A stretch of 62,769 bases of DNA from a virus, in IMG/VR virus record IMGVR_UViG_3300050128_000007; one strand, written 5' to 3'. The first letter of the stretch is position 1, and every line of letters starts with the position of its first letter. Of this stretch, positions 1 to 9,252 are shown piece by piece. The translations under genes and the position numbers were made by a program. The notes beneath the pieces were generated by a model. That model had not been told where the DNA came from. It searched no databases and saw only the letters and a program-made list of their open reading frames with translations.

Positions 1-127
1 GCCGAATACCGCGAGCGACGGAAGGCCGTCAATCACGACCCCTGCGCTTAGGGTAAGCAATGACGGCATGAAGAAAGCCGGAGCCGCAGTAGTGAGTACG
101 GTGATGCCAGCGCCCGTGGTGCTAACC
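1..127. repeat. Exact 127-bp terminal overlap with 62643..62769 (circular closure of the contig)
   Basis: Compared base by base. 1..127 equals 62643..62769, and the sequence diverges after position 127. Confidence 0.95.
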
Positions 128-420
128 AGCGTCATCGCGACACCGCTCGCCACATTCGCCAGCGCCGCAATGTTCGCCGTCGCAATCGCGCTCGGAACGT
201 AGCTAGCAGTTAGCGGATCAGCAGCCCCGTACCAACCGACAATTCCAGGCTGCTTGGCCGATGAACCACCAGAATTATAGGGAAAGCGATGGTCCTGAAT
301 ACCGGACGCCAAGAAGTCCATGCTCGGTGCCGCGTTGAGCGGGAAGCCGAGATCGTTGGGATTGCTGGACCGCTCAAGCGCGCGATTCGTCGGTGACCAG
401 AAAGTCGTAACGTCGCCCAT
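1..420 (-). CDS. Virion structural protein, N-terminal part of a junction-spanning gene (420->1, then 62642->62124; 312 aa in total)
   Basis: ATG at 420..418 with SD AAGGAGAG upstream. The frame reads through position 1 in phase with ORF 62124..62711. The protein is Gly/Thr/Ser-rich and sits next to the capsid gene. Confidence 0.7.
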   Translation of the reverse strand, partial: MGDVTTFWSPTNRALERSSNPNDLGFPLNAAPSMDFLASGIQDHRFPYNSGGSSAKQPGIVGWYGAADPLTASYVPSAIATANIAALANVASGVAMTLVSTTGAGITVLTTAAPAFFMPSLLTLSAGVVIDGLPSLAVFG

Positions 421-511
421 GATGGTCTCTCCTTCTCGCTACGCCAAAGCGCACGATGCGCAGGCGGTTTATACAGAGCGGAGGCTAGACCCCCGTGGCG
501 GCTGTAGCCAG

Positions 512-1432
512 TTACATTCCCGGTGTTGCGTAATACTGCCTAAAATCTGTGACTCCAGCAGAAAACCTCATGTACTGCGCAGCCTTAGCGTTCTTTGTAT
601 CAAATTCATTGTCAGTATCGAACATAGGTTTATCGCGCCACATAAACCGCGCACCGTACGGGCAGTTAGTTCGGATAAACCATGCGGTTGCCGAGAGGAG
701 ATAATGGTTGACCATGATTCCTTTCGGAAACATCCCGGTCGCCTTGATGACGTTGATGGCGTTGTTAGCGGTATCGTTTTGCAGCACCGAGTGGATGATG
801 CGATTCGCGTCGAACCAGTTCTGCGGCGCGATGCCGAGAGACTGAGGGATCAGCGCGATCTTGTTGCCACGGTAATCGACCGCCTGCATGACTTGAATCG
901 CCAAATCCTCGATGGCGGTTTCGGAAAGGTCCGCCGATGTGGTGAGCAGGTTCGACTGGTTGCCGACCAATGACGGATGGCTTGCCGAAATAAATGCCGC
1001 ATTGTCGCCGATTGGATAGGCAGTATTGAACGCCTGATTGAAGACGTTTGCTCCGATGATCTCTTCGGTCTGTCGGCCCGCGAAGGCGAGCATGGCCGCG
1101 CGGCGCTTCGATACCACCTCGTAGAGATCGTCGCGCAGCTCCTCGAAGGTGACGATGTAGCCGCCGGCATACGCGACGTGGGTGTATCGAGTGATCGAAC
1201 CCTGGACTTCGCTATCGTAGTTGAGAGACTGCCCTTGGTCCTTCTCCCTCAACACGCCGAAGCCGGAGATTTCCACGTCCTCTTCGTAAGCCTTATCCGA
1301 CGTCTCAATGTCGAACCATTCCGGATACTCCTGCGGGTGTTCGGCATATTGCCGGCCCCACCAAGTCTTGATTCCTGGCCAGAGTGCTTTCGGATGTGCG
1401 CCAGTTGTGATTACGCCGCCGACCGTTGCCAT
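512..1432 (-). CDS. Major capsid protein (HK97-fold type, 306 aa)
   Basis: Strong SD AGGAGAA. It lies downstream of the portal and scaffold genes. The size and sequence pattern are typical of podovirus HK97-like coat proteins. Confidence 0.65.
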   Translation of the reverse strand: MATVGGVITTGAHPKALWPGIKTWWGRQYAEHPQEYPEWFDIETSDKAYEEDVEISGFGVLREKDQGQSLNYDSEVQGSITRYTHVAYAGGYIVTFEELRDDLYEVVSKRRAAMLAFAGRQTEEIIGANVFNQAFNTAYPIGDNAAFISASHPSLVGNQSNLLTTSADLSETAIEDLAIQVMQAVDYRGNKIALIPQSLGIAPQNWFDANRIIHSVLQNDTANNAINVIKATGMFPKGIMVNHYLLSATAWFIRTNCPYGARFMWRDKPMFDTDNEFDTKNAKAAQYMRFSAGVTDFRQYYATPGM

Positions 1433-1465
1433 GTTCGTGTTCTCCTACGAGTTTTGTCAGTCGGC

Positions 1466-2065
1466 TTAGTAGCCGGTGATCGCCCAGAGGGCAGGGAGAT
1501 TGAGGCGGACGGTCCAGCGAGCGTAGTTGCCGATCGCGTTGTCAGGGCCGCGGGTGAGTTCGAGAATGCGAAGCTGGAAGGTATTGGTCGTGGCGACCGT
1601 CGAACTGACGAGTTGCCAGCTTGAGAAGCCTGTCGTCGTGCTCCCGCCGCTTCCGGCTTGGAGATTGCCGTTGATGAATCCGGCATTCGCCGCCGTGATG
1701 TAGTTGCCGACCGAATCTTCCTGAACCGTGAAAAGCTGATTCGGGTCGTCCGTGATGAAGCCGTAGTTAGCCAACGACGCCTGGCGGTAGATCGGGTTGC
1801 TTTGAAGAAGCGTGTAGCCCGAGCCGGCCGGACCGTTCTGTGGGGCGATAAATGCACCGAGGATGGTGTTGGTCGCGCCCGCCGTGGCAATGCCAACCGC
1901 AGGGACACCGAATGCGTCGGAACCGCCTAGCGGAACGACTGGGTCGCCTCGGAAGATATTGCCGGCTTGGCTAGTGGGGAAATATACCAGACGGCCTTGG
2001 CCGCTCCAGGCGGTGCCGTTGTCGTTAATGGGCGAAAGCCCAAAGGGCGCATTATTATTGGCCAA
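1466..2065 (-). CDS. Head-associated structural protein (possible decoration/cement protein, 199 aa)
   Basis: TTG start preceded by GGAGG. It lies between the scaffold-region genes and the capsid gene. The sequence is beta-rich. Confidence 0.55.
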   Translation of the reverse strand: MANNNAPFGLSPINDNGTAWSGQGRLVYFPTSQAGNIFRGDPVVPLGGSDAFGVPAVGIATAGATNTILGAFIAPQNGPAGSGYTLLQSNPIYRQASLANYGFITDDPNQLFTVQEDSVGNYITAANAGFINGNLQAGSGGSTTTGFSSWQLVSSTVATTNTFQLRILELTRGPDNAIGNYARWTVRLNLPALWAITGY

Positions 2066-2161
2066 GACAGCCTCCAGAGGGTTGCAACGAAAGCGCGGAG
2101 ACGCCCGTGCGCCTCACGCTTGCCTGTGCTGCCTGGAGTTACCTCGGCCGGAGTGCGGCCC

Positions 2162-2767
2162 TTAACCCTTCGTGACGCTTATCGGGCCTTTCCCCGAGCC
2201 TTCCGTGGGGTCGTAGAACTTGCCTTTATCGGAAGCTTGCGCTTGACCTGGCTTCGCCTGAAACGGCTTCGTCTTGATCGCGTCAATCTGCGCTGTTGCC
2301 TTCGCGTGTCTGGCGTCCATTTCCTCTTGCCAGAACACGTTCGGCAGTTCCATCGCGTAGGCGTAGAGGACTCCGTTATCTCGTCCACTACCTACTGCAC
2401 GCTTGAGCGTTTTACCGTCTCGCGGGTTCATGATGTGAGACCAACCAGACGCTGATGCCTCGTCGATTCGGCCAGCGACATCATTAAACCAGTGGCGATG
2501 ATAACCTTGTCGTTCAGGTAATGCAAGCTTCTGCTGCATTGCCCCGCCGAACGGTTTCCGAATTGCCCTAATTCTGGCGATGGCGTCTTCGAGTGATTCG
2601 CCTTCGTGCGGCGTGGAATCTGGAGCCAGCGAGTGATCGGCGGTCAAGTCCCTATCGATCTCAAGCGCAGGATGCGCGACGGCTTTCGGTGGCCGACCCG
2701 GCTTTCGCTTTTCGGGCTCGGCTTGCACCCCTTCCGGCGAGTAGAACGGCTCGGTCTTATCGACCAT
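2162..2767 (-). CDS. Head-assembly-associated protein, function unknown (201 aa)
   Basis: The ORF overlaps the scaffold stop by 11 nt. It has a conserved-looking GYHRHWFND...GW motif. Confidence 0.55.
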   Translation of the reverse strand: MVDKTEPFYSPEGVQAEPEKRKPGRPPKAVAHPALEIDRDLTADHSLAPDSTPHEGESLEDAIARIRAIRKPFGGAMQQKLALPERQGYHRHWFNDVAGRIDEASASGWSHIMNPRDGKTLKRAVGSGRDNGVLYAYAMELPNVFWQEEMDARHAKATAQIDAIKTKPFQAKPGQAQASDKGKFYDPTEGSGKGPISVTKG

Positions 2768-3815
2768 TTGGCTGGCTCCTAGGTTTCGGCAGCGATAGCA
2801 CGTCGCCGTGCGGATCGGTGTAAAGCGCCATGTATTCCGCCTCTGTGTAATCCGCCATATGCCGTTTAGCTCGGTTGAACGCCGCGCGGGCCTGGGCGCG
2901 TTCCGCAGGGTCTTGGATCGAATTGATTGTCGTCGCCACCGTACCGGGGCGCGGTGCCGGAGGATCAGCCGTGGGCTGCGCTACCGACGCTGCGCGGGCG
3001 CGGGCCGCAAGTCGCGGTGCTGGCTGTGCCGGTTCGCGCGGTGCTGCGGGGACACCGAATCGCTCCGGATACCGCTCTTCCACGCGGCTCTTGGCTTCCT
3101 CCAGGAGTTCACGGTCCAGTGCAGGGTCAGCGTTCAGCGTGGCTTGGCTGGCATTGCGCTCGTTGAGCACTTCATTATGAAAGGAAACCATCGTGTCCGA
3201 TAGAAGCTTGTCGGCGTTGAACCACGGATTCTCGGCGATAAAAGCTCGCGTGGTCGGTGTCATCGCCGGGGCCATTGGTGCCCGTGGTGCTGGGTTTGCT
3301 GTGCGCGCCGCAGGTTCGGCCGCAGCCGCCGGCCGGGATTCCTGCAACGCCTCCGCCTGCTCGACAAGCTGATCAAAAGCCTTGGTATCGCCCGCCTCTA
3401 CCGCCTGGCGCTGCTTGGCCTTAATCTCCGCCATTGCCCGGTCGTAACCGGCTTGGTTTGCACGCGCTCCCATGTCGCGTAAGTCCTTGATGATGTGTAG
3501 TTGTTCCTCGGAAGTTGACCGCAGGCCGGAAATTTCGCCTTCGAGTTTGCCGACACGCTCCGTTAGGCGGCGGTTCTGGTCGCGAACTATCGGGAGGATG
3601 TTCTCGCCGCGTGCGATGAAGTCGGCGGCTGGTTGCCATTTACCAGGAGGGCCACGGTATTCCACCAACGGCTTCCAACCCATCTCACGGGCTCGAACCT
3701 CGGTGGCGGCTTCGGCCGCATTCTCGGCATCGGCATCTGCCGGGAGTTCAACGTTGTCCGCAGGCAATTCGACATCCGCCGGAAAGCTGCTCTCGACCGT
3801 ACCGCCTTGCGCCAT
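2757..3815 (-). CDS. Scaffolding protein (putative)
   Basis: Internal ATG at 3815 checked. The protein has an acidic N-terminus, long coiled-coil Ala/Gln/Glu-rich segments and a Pro/Ala-rich linker. It lies between the portal and capsid genes. Confidence 0.55.
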   Translation of the reverse strand: MAQGGTVESSFPADVELPADNVELPADADAENAAEAATEVRAREMGWKPLVEYRGPPGKWQPAADFIARGENILPIVRDQNRRLTERVGKLEGEISGLRSTSEEQLHIIKDLRDMGARANQAGYDRAMAEIKAKQRQAVEAGDTKAFDQLVEQAEALQESRPAAAAEPAARTANPAPRAPMAPAMTPTTRAFIAENPWFNADKLLSDTMVSFHNEVLNERNASQATLNADPALDRELLEEAKSRVEERYPERFGVPAAPREPAQPAPRLAARARAASVAQPTADPPAPRPGTVATTINSIQDPAERAQARAAFNRAKRHMADYTEAEYMALYTDPHGDVLSLPKPRSQPNGR

Positions 3816-3943
3816 GATCAGCTTCCCTTTTTCAGCAACGGGATGGCGAGCAAAAATGCAATGCAACACAAAGCTGCCAGCACTGCTGCAAGCTCAATCT
3901 CCACGGCTATTAGATGTGGTATCATTAGTTATCCCCTGTTTTT

Positions 3944-4330
3944 TTATTCCGGCTCATACGTCGCGCCGATGCTGCCGTAATCCATGATTCGGTACATCTT
4001 GCCGTCGCGGCCCTTGACCTGCTTGCCAGCGTATTTCTCGACATAAACGCGATCTCCCGGCTTCGGTTTGTCACCGCTCCAAGGCGTCATGTCTTCGTTG
4101 AGGAGGAAAGCACCGGGCGCGCACGAAACGAGGACGCCACTTTCGGCCGCCATGCTCATGCGCTCGATGAGGTCTTCGGGAAGGTCTATGCCGCCGCTGG
4201 TCTTGGTTGAACACTCGTCCATGAGAACGAGAACAGTCTTGCCAACGACACGGACACCGCTTGAGTCCTGGCCCGACCATTTGGCCGGGACGTACTCAGC
4301 CTGGATTCCCTTGATCAGTCTCGGTTCCAT
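3944..4330 (-). CDS. GroES-like co-chaperonin (Cpn10 family)
   Basis: ATG 4330 with AAGGA SD. TSGGIDLPE, GVLVSCAPGA and KPGDRVYVEKYAG...YRIMDYGSI follow the GroES pattern (AGGIVL, GEVLAVG, KVGDIV). Confidence 0.6.
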   Translation of the reverse strand: MEPRLIKGIQAEYVPAKWSGQDSSGVRVVGKTVLVLMDECSTKTSGGIDLPEDLIERMSMAAESGVLVSCAPGAFLLNEDMTPWSGDKPKPGDRVYVEKYAGKQVKGRDGKMYRIMDYGSIGATYEPE

Positions 4331-4592
4331 CTGTTCCTTCTTGCCTATAGAAGTTCCGAATATCATCAAGCGCCAGGTTTTGCAATTCGCGCAGCGTCAA
4401 TAGGCGTCCGCGAATCACATCGGCCTGCCGGTCCAACTGCCCGGCCTCTAGCAAATCTCCAACCGCTGTCCGAAACGCATCTACTTGGTCGCCAAGGTAA
4501 AGCAGGTACGCCGCGGTGATCGGATTATGCCGAAATAGTTGAAATTCCTGCTCCGATAGCCCGAGCAGAAGCGTCTCGTGCGGCGGCTTCAT
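4296..4592 (-). CDS. Hypothetical protein (98 aa)
   Basis: The ORF starts 4 nt inside the portal stop, which suggests coupling. Confidence 0.6.
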   Translation of the reverse strand: MKPPHETLLLGLSEQEFQLFRHNPITAAYLLYLGDQVDAFRTAVGDLLEAGQLDRQADVIRGRLLTLRELQNLALDDIRNFYRQEGTDGTETDQGNPG

Positions 4593-7018
4593 TGCGGCAA
4601 TCCACTAGATGGTCCGGGAGGTAAGGCACCTGGAAGCCGCGCCAATCCATTACCCGGCAACGGCGGCAATCCAGGCCCTGCTGGTCCAGGCGCTGCAGGA
4701 GGGGCTGGCGCTGGCGGTGTAACAGGCCCCGGCGGCATCGGGGGGAACGGCGGTAGCGCACTCGGCGGCGGCATAGCTGAAATGTTGTCTCCGGTATCCG
4801 CCACATCTTTCCGCGTCTGGTCAGCGTTGATTTTTAGATGCGTGAGGCGGTGCTTGGCCTCAACGTCCGCCGCACGAACTTGCGTATTTGTCGCCTCGAT
4901 ATGCAGTTCCATAATGCGTAACTGCGCGTTAATCCAGTCCATTTGCGGCCCGTTCGCCTTGCCGGCCGCCATCGCCATGTTGAGATATGCCTGCGAATTA
5001 TCCTTGAGTTCGGCGGCGCGCAACCGGCCGAGCTCGGCCTGCTTCTCTTCCATCGCCATCGCCGCAAGCTGCTGCGCCATTTGCGGATCTGGCGGCGGCG
5101 TGAACATTTCCTCGATGCGGTCGAAGTTCGCCGCCTCGAATAGCCTGGTACGGATTTCCTTTTGGTTGATCAGCGGATCGTCTTTGAACTGCATCCCGAT
5201 TGCCGCCCGACCGAGTTTCTGCATGTCGGTGATCATCGTCGGGTCGGCGATCGGTTCCACGCCGCCGCCAAGCCGGTAATCCTCCGGCGTCACCTCCCGC
5301 CACTCGTCGCCGACGCGGTAACGCTCGTTCTCCTTTAGATATAAGCGGTTAAGCCGATAAATCTTGTCGAACTCGGATTTTAGCGCCCGATATACTCGCT
5401 TGTGAATCGCGGTGTAGACCTTCAATCCCTGTTCGATCAAAGCGAGGATCGTGGTCGGGGGCGCGTTCGCCATTTCGGCCCCGCCCGCGAGAATCTCTTG
5501 CGTGCCAGCCACCGATTCGCTGACCTTTACGAGCGCACCGAGCAATTGGAACAGCACGGAAGACGGGCCGGGAAAAGGAATCGGAAACACAGCGTCGCGA
5601 ATCGCTTGGCCCTTTGAACCCACACGGACGTACTTGCCGACCTGAAAGTTAACCGGTCCCGAATGGATTGACAGTTGGTCCGACACAAATCCGCCGCCAG
5701 CGTTCTGCAAATGGCCGGCGTCGAACATCTGGTTTAGCGTCGTATTAATCGCCTCGTTGAGCGGACGCAGCAAATGGCCAAAGCCTACCGGATATGAACC
5801 TCCATCCGGATTGGGCAGGAACGGGATGAGCGTGTAATGCTCAACCGGCGTGATCTTTAGGATTTCCTCGCGGTCGTCGCCTTCCTCGTCGGTCAGCGCA
5901 CCGGTCTCGCTATCTTCGTCGACATCTTCGCCCTTACCGGTCTGGATGCCGTCCTCGTCGTAACGGGCGACAATCCGGACTACCTTCGACGATCGCTTGT
6001 GGATGGTGACGACATAGGGTTCCGGATAACCATCCTCGTCTAAGTCATAGCGGCGATGCTGTTCGAGGAAGATATGCGGCGCGTCTTCGTCGCCGGATTG
6101 AGCCTGTTCGGAATTAGTTTCGTCATCCCCGCCACCAGGTCCGTAAATCTGCGGCAGAAAGACCTCGCCGCGCTCGTATTCCTCAATCTCGTGCGGGTAA
6201 AGCGTCAGGATCTCGGTGTGCCGCGGCGCATCCTCGAAGCTCGGTGCGTGGTAATTCCACACCAAGTTGTTGAGGGACACTAGCAGCGACCGGTTTCTCT
6301 CCTCCGTAGGATCACGATAGGTCTTGCGGCAGGCACCTCCGATGATGGGAAGCTGCATAAGCAGACTATCCGTCTGCATTTCCCATTCCTTCATTTCCTC
6401 AAGCAATTGCCAGCTCATGTGCTCGCCGACACGATCCGCGCGCTTGCGCTTCTCGCCAGGCGCACTCAGCCATACCGGTGTGCCGTCCGGATGCATCTTC
6501 GGCTTGCCCTCTGGCTTGCCGTCCTCGGTGGCTGGCGTGCCCTTATCGGTTCCCCACACCACACCTTTCACAACGTTACGGTTCTGAATAATCGCCGGAT
6601 AGGTGCGGGCGTTAAACTGGATAGACGCTTGAGTTATAAGGGGAAATATGATGTTGCTGGCGTGCGGCCACGGATATTGCTTCTCCTCCGCCTCCTGCGT
6701 CGCGAACTTCATCGCCTTCTCGGCTTTGTCCTTCCAATCGGAGCGGGAGTTCTCGTCGATGTTGAACTCGAAGAGGACGAGTTGCCCGAGCTTGTCGAGT
6801 ACATCCGGCGCGTAGTTCTCCGCTAGGTTGATCTGGTCGATCTGGCCGACAAGAAACTCCTTAACGGGAATGTCTGGGCCGCGACCGTAGCTGCCATCGT
6901 CGACCGGAGGCTTGTCCGGCTCGGGGGCGGCCGCGACATCGGGTGATTCTGGCGGTGGAACGGGTGTTGCCGTCGCGGGAGCGAGCGATGACGACCCGAG
7001 CGAAGATGTGACGGCCAA
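4589..7018 (-). CDS. Portal protein (809 aa) with a proline-rich C-terminal tail
   Basis: Called from its size and position after TerL. TTG start preceded by GGGGGAA. The last ~60 aa are PPPSALPPFPPMPPGPVTPPAPAPPAAPGPAGPGLPPLPGNG. Confidence 0.7.
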   Translation of the reverse strand: MAVTSSLGSSSLAPATATPVPPPESPDVAAAPEPDKPPVDDGSYGRGPDIPVKEFLVGQIDQINLAENYAPDVLDKLGQLVLFEFNIDENSRSDWKDKAEKAMKFATQEAEEKQYPWPHASNIIFPLITQASIQFNARTYPAIIQNRNVVKGVVWGTDKGTPATEDGKPEGKPKMHPDGTPVWLSAPGEKRKRADRVGEHMSWQLLEEMKEWEMQTDSLLMQLPIIGGACRKTYRDPTEERNRSLLVSLNNLVWNYHAPSFEDAPRHTEILTLYPHEIEEYERGEVFLPQIYGPGGGDDETNSEQAQSGDEDAPHIFLEQHRRYDLDEDGYPEPYVVTIHKRSSKVVRIVARYDEDGIQTGKGEDVDEDSETGALTDEEGDDREEILKITPVEHYTLIPFLPNPDGGSYPVGFGHLLRPLNEAINTTLNQMFDAGHLQNAGGGFVSDQLSIHSGPVNFQVGKYVRVGSKGQAIRDAVFPIPFPGPSSVLFQLLGALVKVSESVAGTQEILAGGAEMANAPPTTILALIEQGLKVYTAIHKRVYRALKSEFDKIYRLNRLYLKENERYRVGDEWREVTPEDYRLGGGVEPIADPTMITDMQKLGRAAIGMQFKDDPLINQKEIRTRLFEAANFDRIEEMFTPPPDPQMAQQLAAMAMEEKQAELGRLRAAELKDNSQAYLNMAMAAGKANGPQMDWINAQLRIMELHIEATNTQVRAADVEAKHRLTHLKINADQTRKDVADTGDNISAMPPPSALPPFPPMPPGPVTPPAPAPPAAPGPAGPGLPPLPGNGLARLPGALPPGPSSGLPQ

Positions 7019-7047
7019 GCGGGTTCCCCCGTTAGATCAGTCCGGGA

Positions 7048-7302
7048 CTATAATTCAATGCCTTGTAGCACGCAAAGGATGTGAAACTTCTCGCGTTCTA
7101 GCAAGGTAATAGCATCGCCGGCGGTCATCCCGTTGTCGAACGAAATCCACTTCGTGCCGCAATCAGCGATCAGGTAGAAGTTTTCTACGTTGAGATCCCC
7201 GCTTTCAACCCGCGCCACTAATTGCCTAAGCGTATTGAGCAGATTCGGCTTCTCGATAGCCTCGGTAATCGGCTCGCCAGTGGCGAAATCAACGACGGTC
7301 AT
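7048..7302 (-). CDS. Hypothetical protein (84 aa)
   Basis: The ORF is coupled to the upstream gene by a 4-nt overlap. Confidence 0.6.
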   Translation of the reverse strand: MTVVDFATGEPITEAIEKPNLLNTLRQLVARVESGDLNVENFYLIADCGTKWISFDNGMTAGDAITLLEREKFHILCVLQGIEL

Positions 7303-7526
7303 TCACTCACCTTCCGCCCGATGTGATTCGGCTTGATCCGAGAGTTGAAGTAACGACCGGGAGACGCATTGCCGACAAACGCCTCATGCTTCTCGATCGG
7401 CAGATCGTCGTATTCATGCACGGCACCATTCGTGAACTGGACTGTGAGCTTGCGTGTGTTCCCGTCGTAATGCTGGCCGGTAAACATGGAGGATTTGATG
7501 GGAGTGAGTTCGGGGGTTTTGGTCAT
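7299..7526 (-). CDS. KTSC domain protein
   Basis: IKSSMF..HYDGNTRKLTVQFTNGAVHEYDDLP...SPGRYFNSRI matches the KTSC pattern. ATG 7526 checked. Confidence 0.75.
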   Translation of the reverse strand: MTKTPELTPIKSSMFTGQHYDGNTRKLTVQFTNGAVHEYDDLPIEKHEAFVGNASPGRYFNSRIKPNHIGRKVSE

Positions 7527-7577
7527 GCGCGCGCCTCGACGATTCGAATTTCCATGGTTCATTCCTTTCCTGATTGC

Positions 7578-8998
7578 CTAATATCCGGTAATTTCGGAAC
7601 GTCCCTGATCGCTACCTTCACTATTGCTGATCGAAGGCCAATCATCCTGCACCGCAGATGATCCTTGCGTAAGCGCGGGCGCGAATAACGATGCGGCACC
7701 ATACTCTAACGCATTCATAATATGGGAAAAACCAAACTTATCAGGGCGTTGGGCATACCGTTCCGGTCCAGCAACCTGGATGCGCCGCAGATTATAGCCC
7801 CCCAAAAAGCCCTTGCGAATAGTCAGGCACCGAGGATGCAAAATAAATTGTGGTTCTCCACCAATGATCGTACGCAGTGGTTTGCGCACCGATTCCATGC
7901 GGAGCACAGGGTCTTGCTCACTTGGCTGAATGTCGATGCCTTTGGTAGCCGCCATCTCGAATATGGTTCGCTTGTCGATCTGCGCGCGCTGCTGGCCCGC
8001 TGGGTCACCCCAATCTTCAAATTGCGCGTCGCCGCGGAACGAGCGCCGACAATGCTCCAACACGTCGTCAAGAAATTGATCGACGCCCATATTCTTCGAC
8101 GTCATTTCATCGAACACCAACCAGCGGCCATCGGGTAGGAGTTGCGAGAAACAGCACGCTGGGGTGAGCCCCCAGTCGAACGAACGCATAATTGGCCGTC
8201 CCGGAACTGGATCAACCTCGCGGCGATGAAGCTGGTCACTGTATTCGTCATAGACCGGCTTGCCATCGACAACAAAGCCGTACTCGCCGTGGATGTAAAC
8301 CTTGACCCATTCTGGCTTTTTGCCCTCGGCTAATAGCTTGTAATAGTTCGGGTTTGTCAGGTTCGGGATGTTCTCCGCGTTCGGCCCGAGACCGGACGGC
8401 TGCTTGAATAGTTCGGCAAACCACTTCGGATGCTGCTTCTCCTCGAAAAAGCGATACCAATCCGAATCCTGGTCGGGTGGATTGGTGTCCATGAACAGCC
8501 CCGCCCATGTGCAGCCGCCCATTGCCTTCGTCGGATATTGCTCGATACGGCCTTGGATAGCGTCAACGATGGCCCACGGAATCTCTCGCGCCTCGTTGAT
8601 CCATGCGCCGGTGATTTCGAGAGACAGTAGGTTGGCAATGTCGTCTGGCTTATCGAGGGCGCGGAATAGAATCTCAAACTCGCACTTCTCAAAACCTTTA
8701 ACGACGTAGCGATTATCGGTCTGGTAGTAGCGGCCGAAGTGCTGCGGCGGCAGCCACATATGCACCGTGCGAATCGTCGTGTCGGAAAGCTCGCGATAGG
8801 TGCTGCGTACAACAAGCCAGCGCGTGCGGCGTATTCCGTCTATCCCCGGCTTCTGTGCGAGCGCGCGCCGGACTATTTCAACGACGCACCCCGATGACTT
8901 TCCCGAACGAAAGGGCCGGATAGCCCACGAACGCGGGCATTGCTGGCCGCGAACTCCCTGACTGTCGGAACGTGGGCGTAGCTGTAGCGAATGTCCAT
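7578..8998 (-). CDS. terL: Terminase large subunit, read in two frames (frame change at 8909..8915)
   Basis: ATG 8998 shares one base with the upstream stop (TGATG). It encodes MDIRYSYAHVPTVREFAASNARVRGLSGPF and that frame stops at 8873..8875. The -1 frame continues RSGKSSGCVVEIV, giving Walker A GPFRSGKS, then Walker B-like ITGAWINEA and a nuclease-type C-terminus. Confidence 0.8.
8909..8915 (-). other. C_CCU_UUC heptamer (X_XXY_YYZ) at the terL frame junction
   Basis: In the 0 frame the codons are GGC CCT TTC GTT. Slipping back one base gives CCC TTT CGT TCG GGA AAG. Confidence 0.6.
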
Positions 8999-9249
8999 CA
9001 CGACCTCCCGAGCGTCGCAAAATCAACCTTGGCCACATGACGCGAGCAGGCCGGACGGTCCCTATGGATGCGCGGGACGAAAGCCTCGATCGCGAATCCT
9101 GGACGCCCGAGCACGTCCTGTGTGGCCCCAAGATTCATCACGGTAGGCGGCTCGCCGTAGCAATCGGCTAAGTCCTTGGCGTCAAACTTCTGTGCGTATC
9201 GGCAGGAGCCGCACTTCGGAAACGTCACATTGACGATCTTGTCGTTCAT
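8998..9249 (-). CDS. Hypothetical Cys-containing protein (83 aa)
   Basis: The ORF lies directly upstream of terL. Confidence 0.6.
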   Translation of the reverse strand: MNDKIVNVTFPKCGSCRYAQKFDAKDLADCYGEPPTVMNLGATQDVLGRPGFAIEAFVPRIHRDRPACSRHVAKVDFATLGRS

Positions 9250-9252
9250 CGC

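Noticed and set aside
1-127. The 127-bp end duplication as a biological direct terminal repeat
   Set aside because: Its length equals a common assembler k-mer, and it falls in the middle of a structural gene. I interpret it as a circularisation artefact, with the real termini unknown.
320-1624. Long plus-strand ORFs (320..973 and 977..1624), and similar ones elsewhere such as 4578..5279, 46395..47021, 57151..57717 and 35293..35748
   Set aside because: They lie antisense to well-supported structural genes. They are Arg/Ser/Ala-rich low-complexity translations without SD sequences. These are typical shadow ORFs of GC-rich DNA.
8999-9131. The upstream in-frame extension of the terL ORF (starts at 9131 or 9038)
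   Set aside because: The translation there (GPHRTCSGVQDSRSRLSS...) looks like out-of-frame sequence and overlaps the 83-aa gene. The ATG at 8998 in the other frame gives a natural TerL N-terminus and is coupled to the upstream stop.
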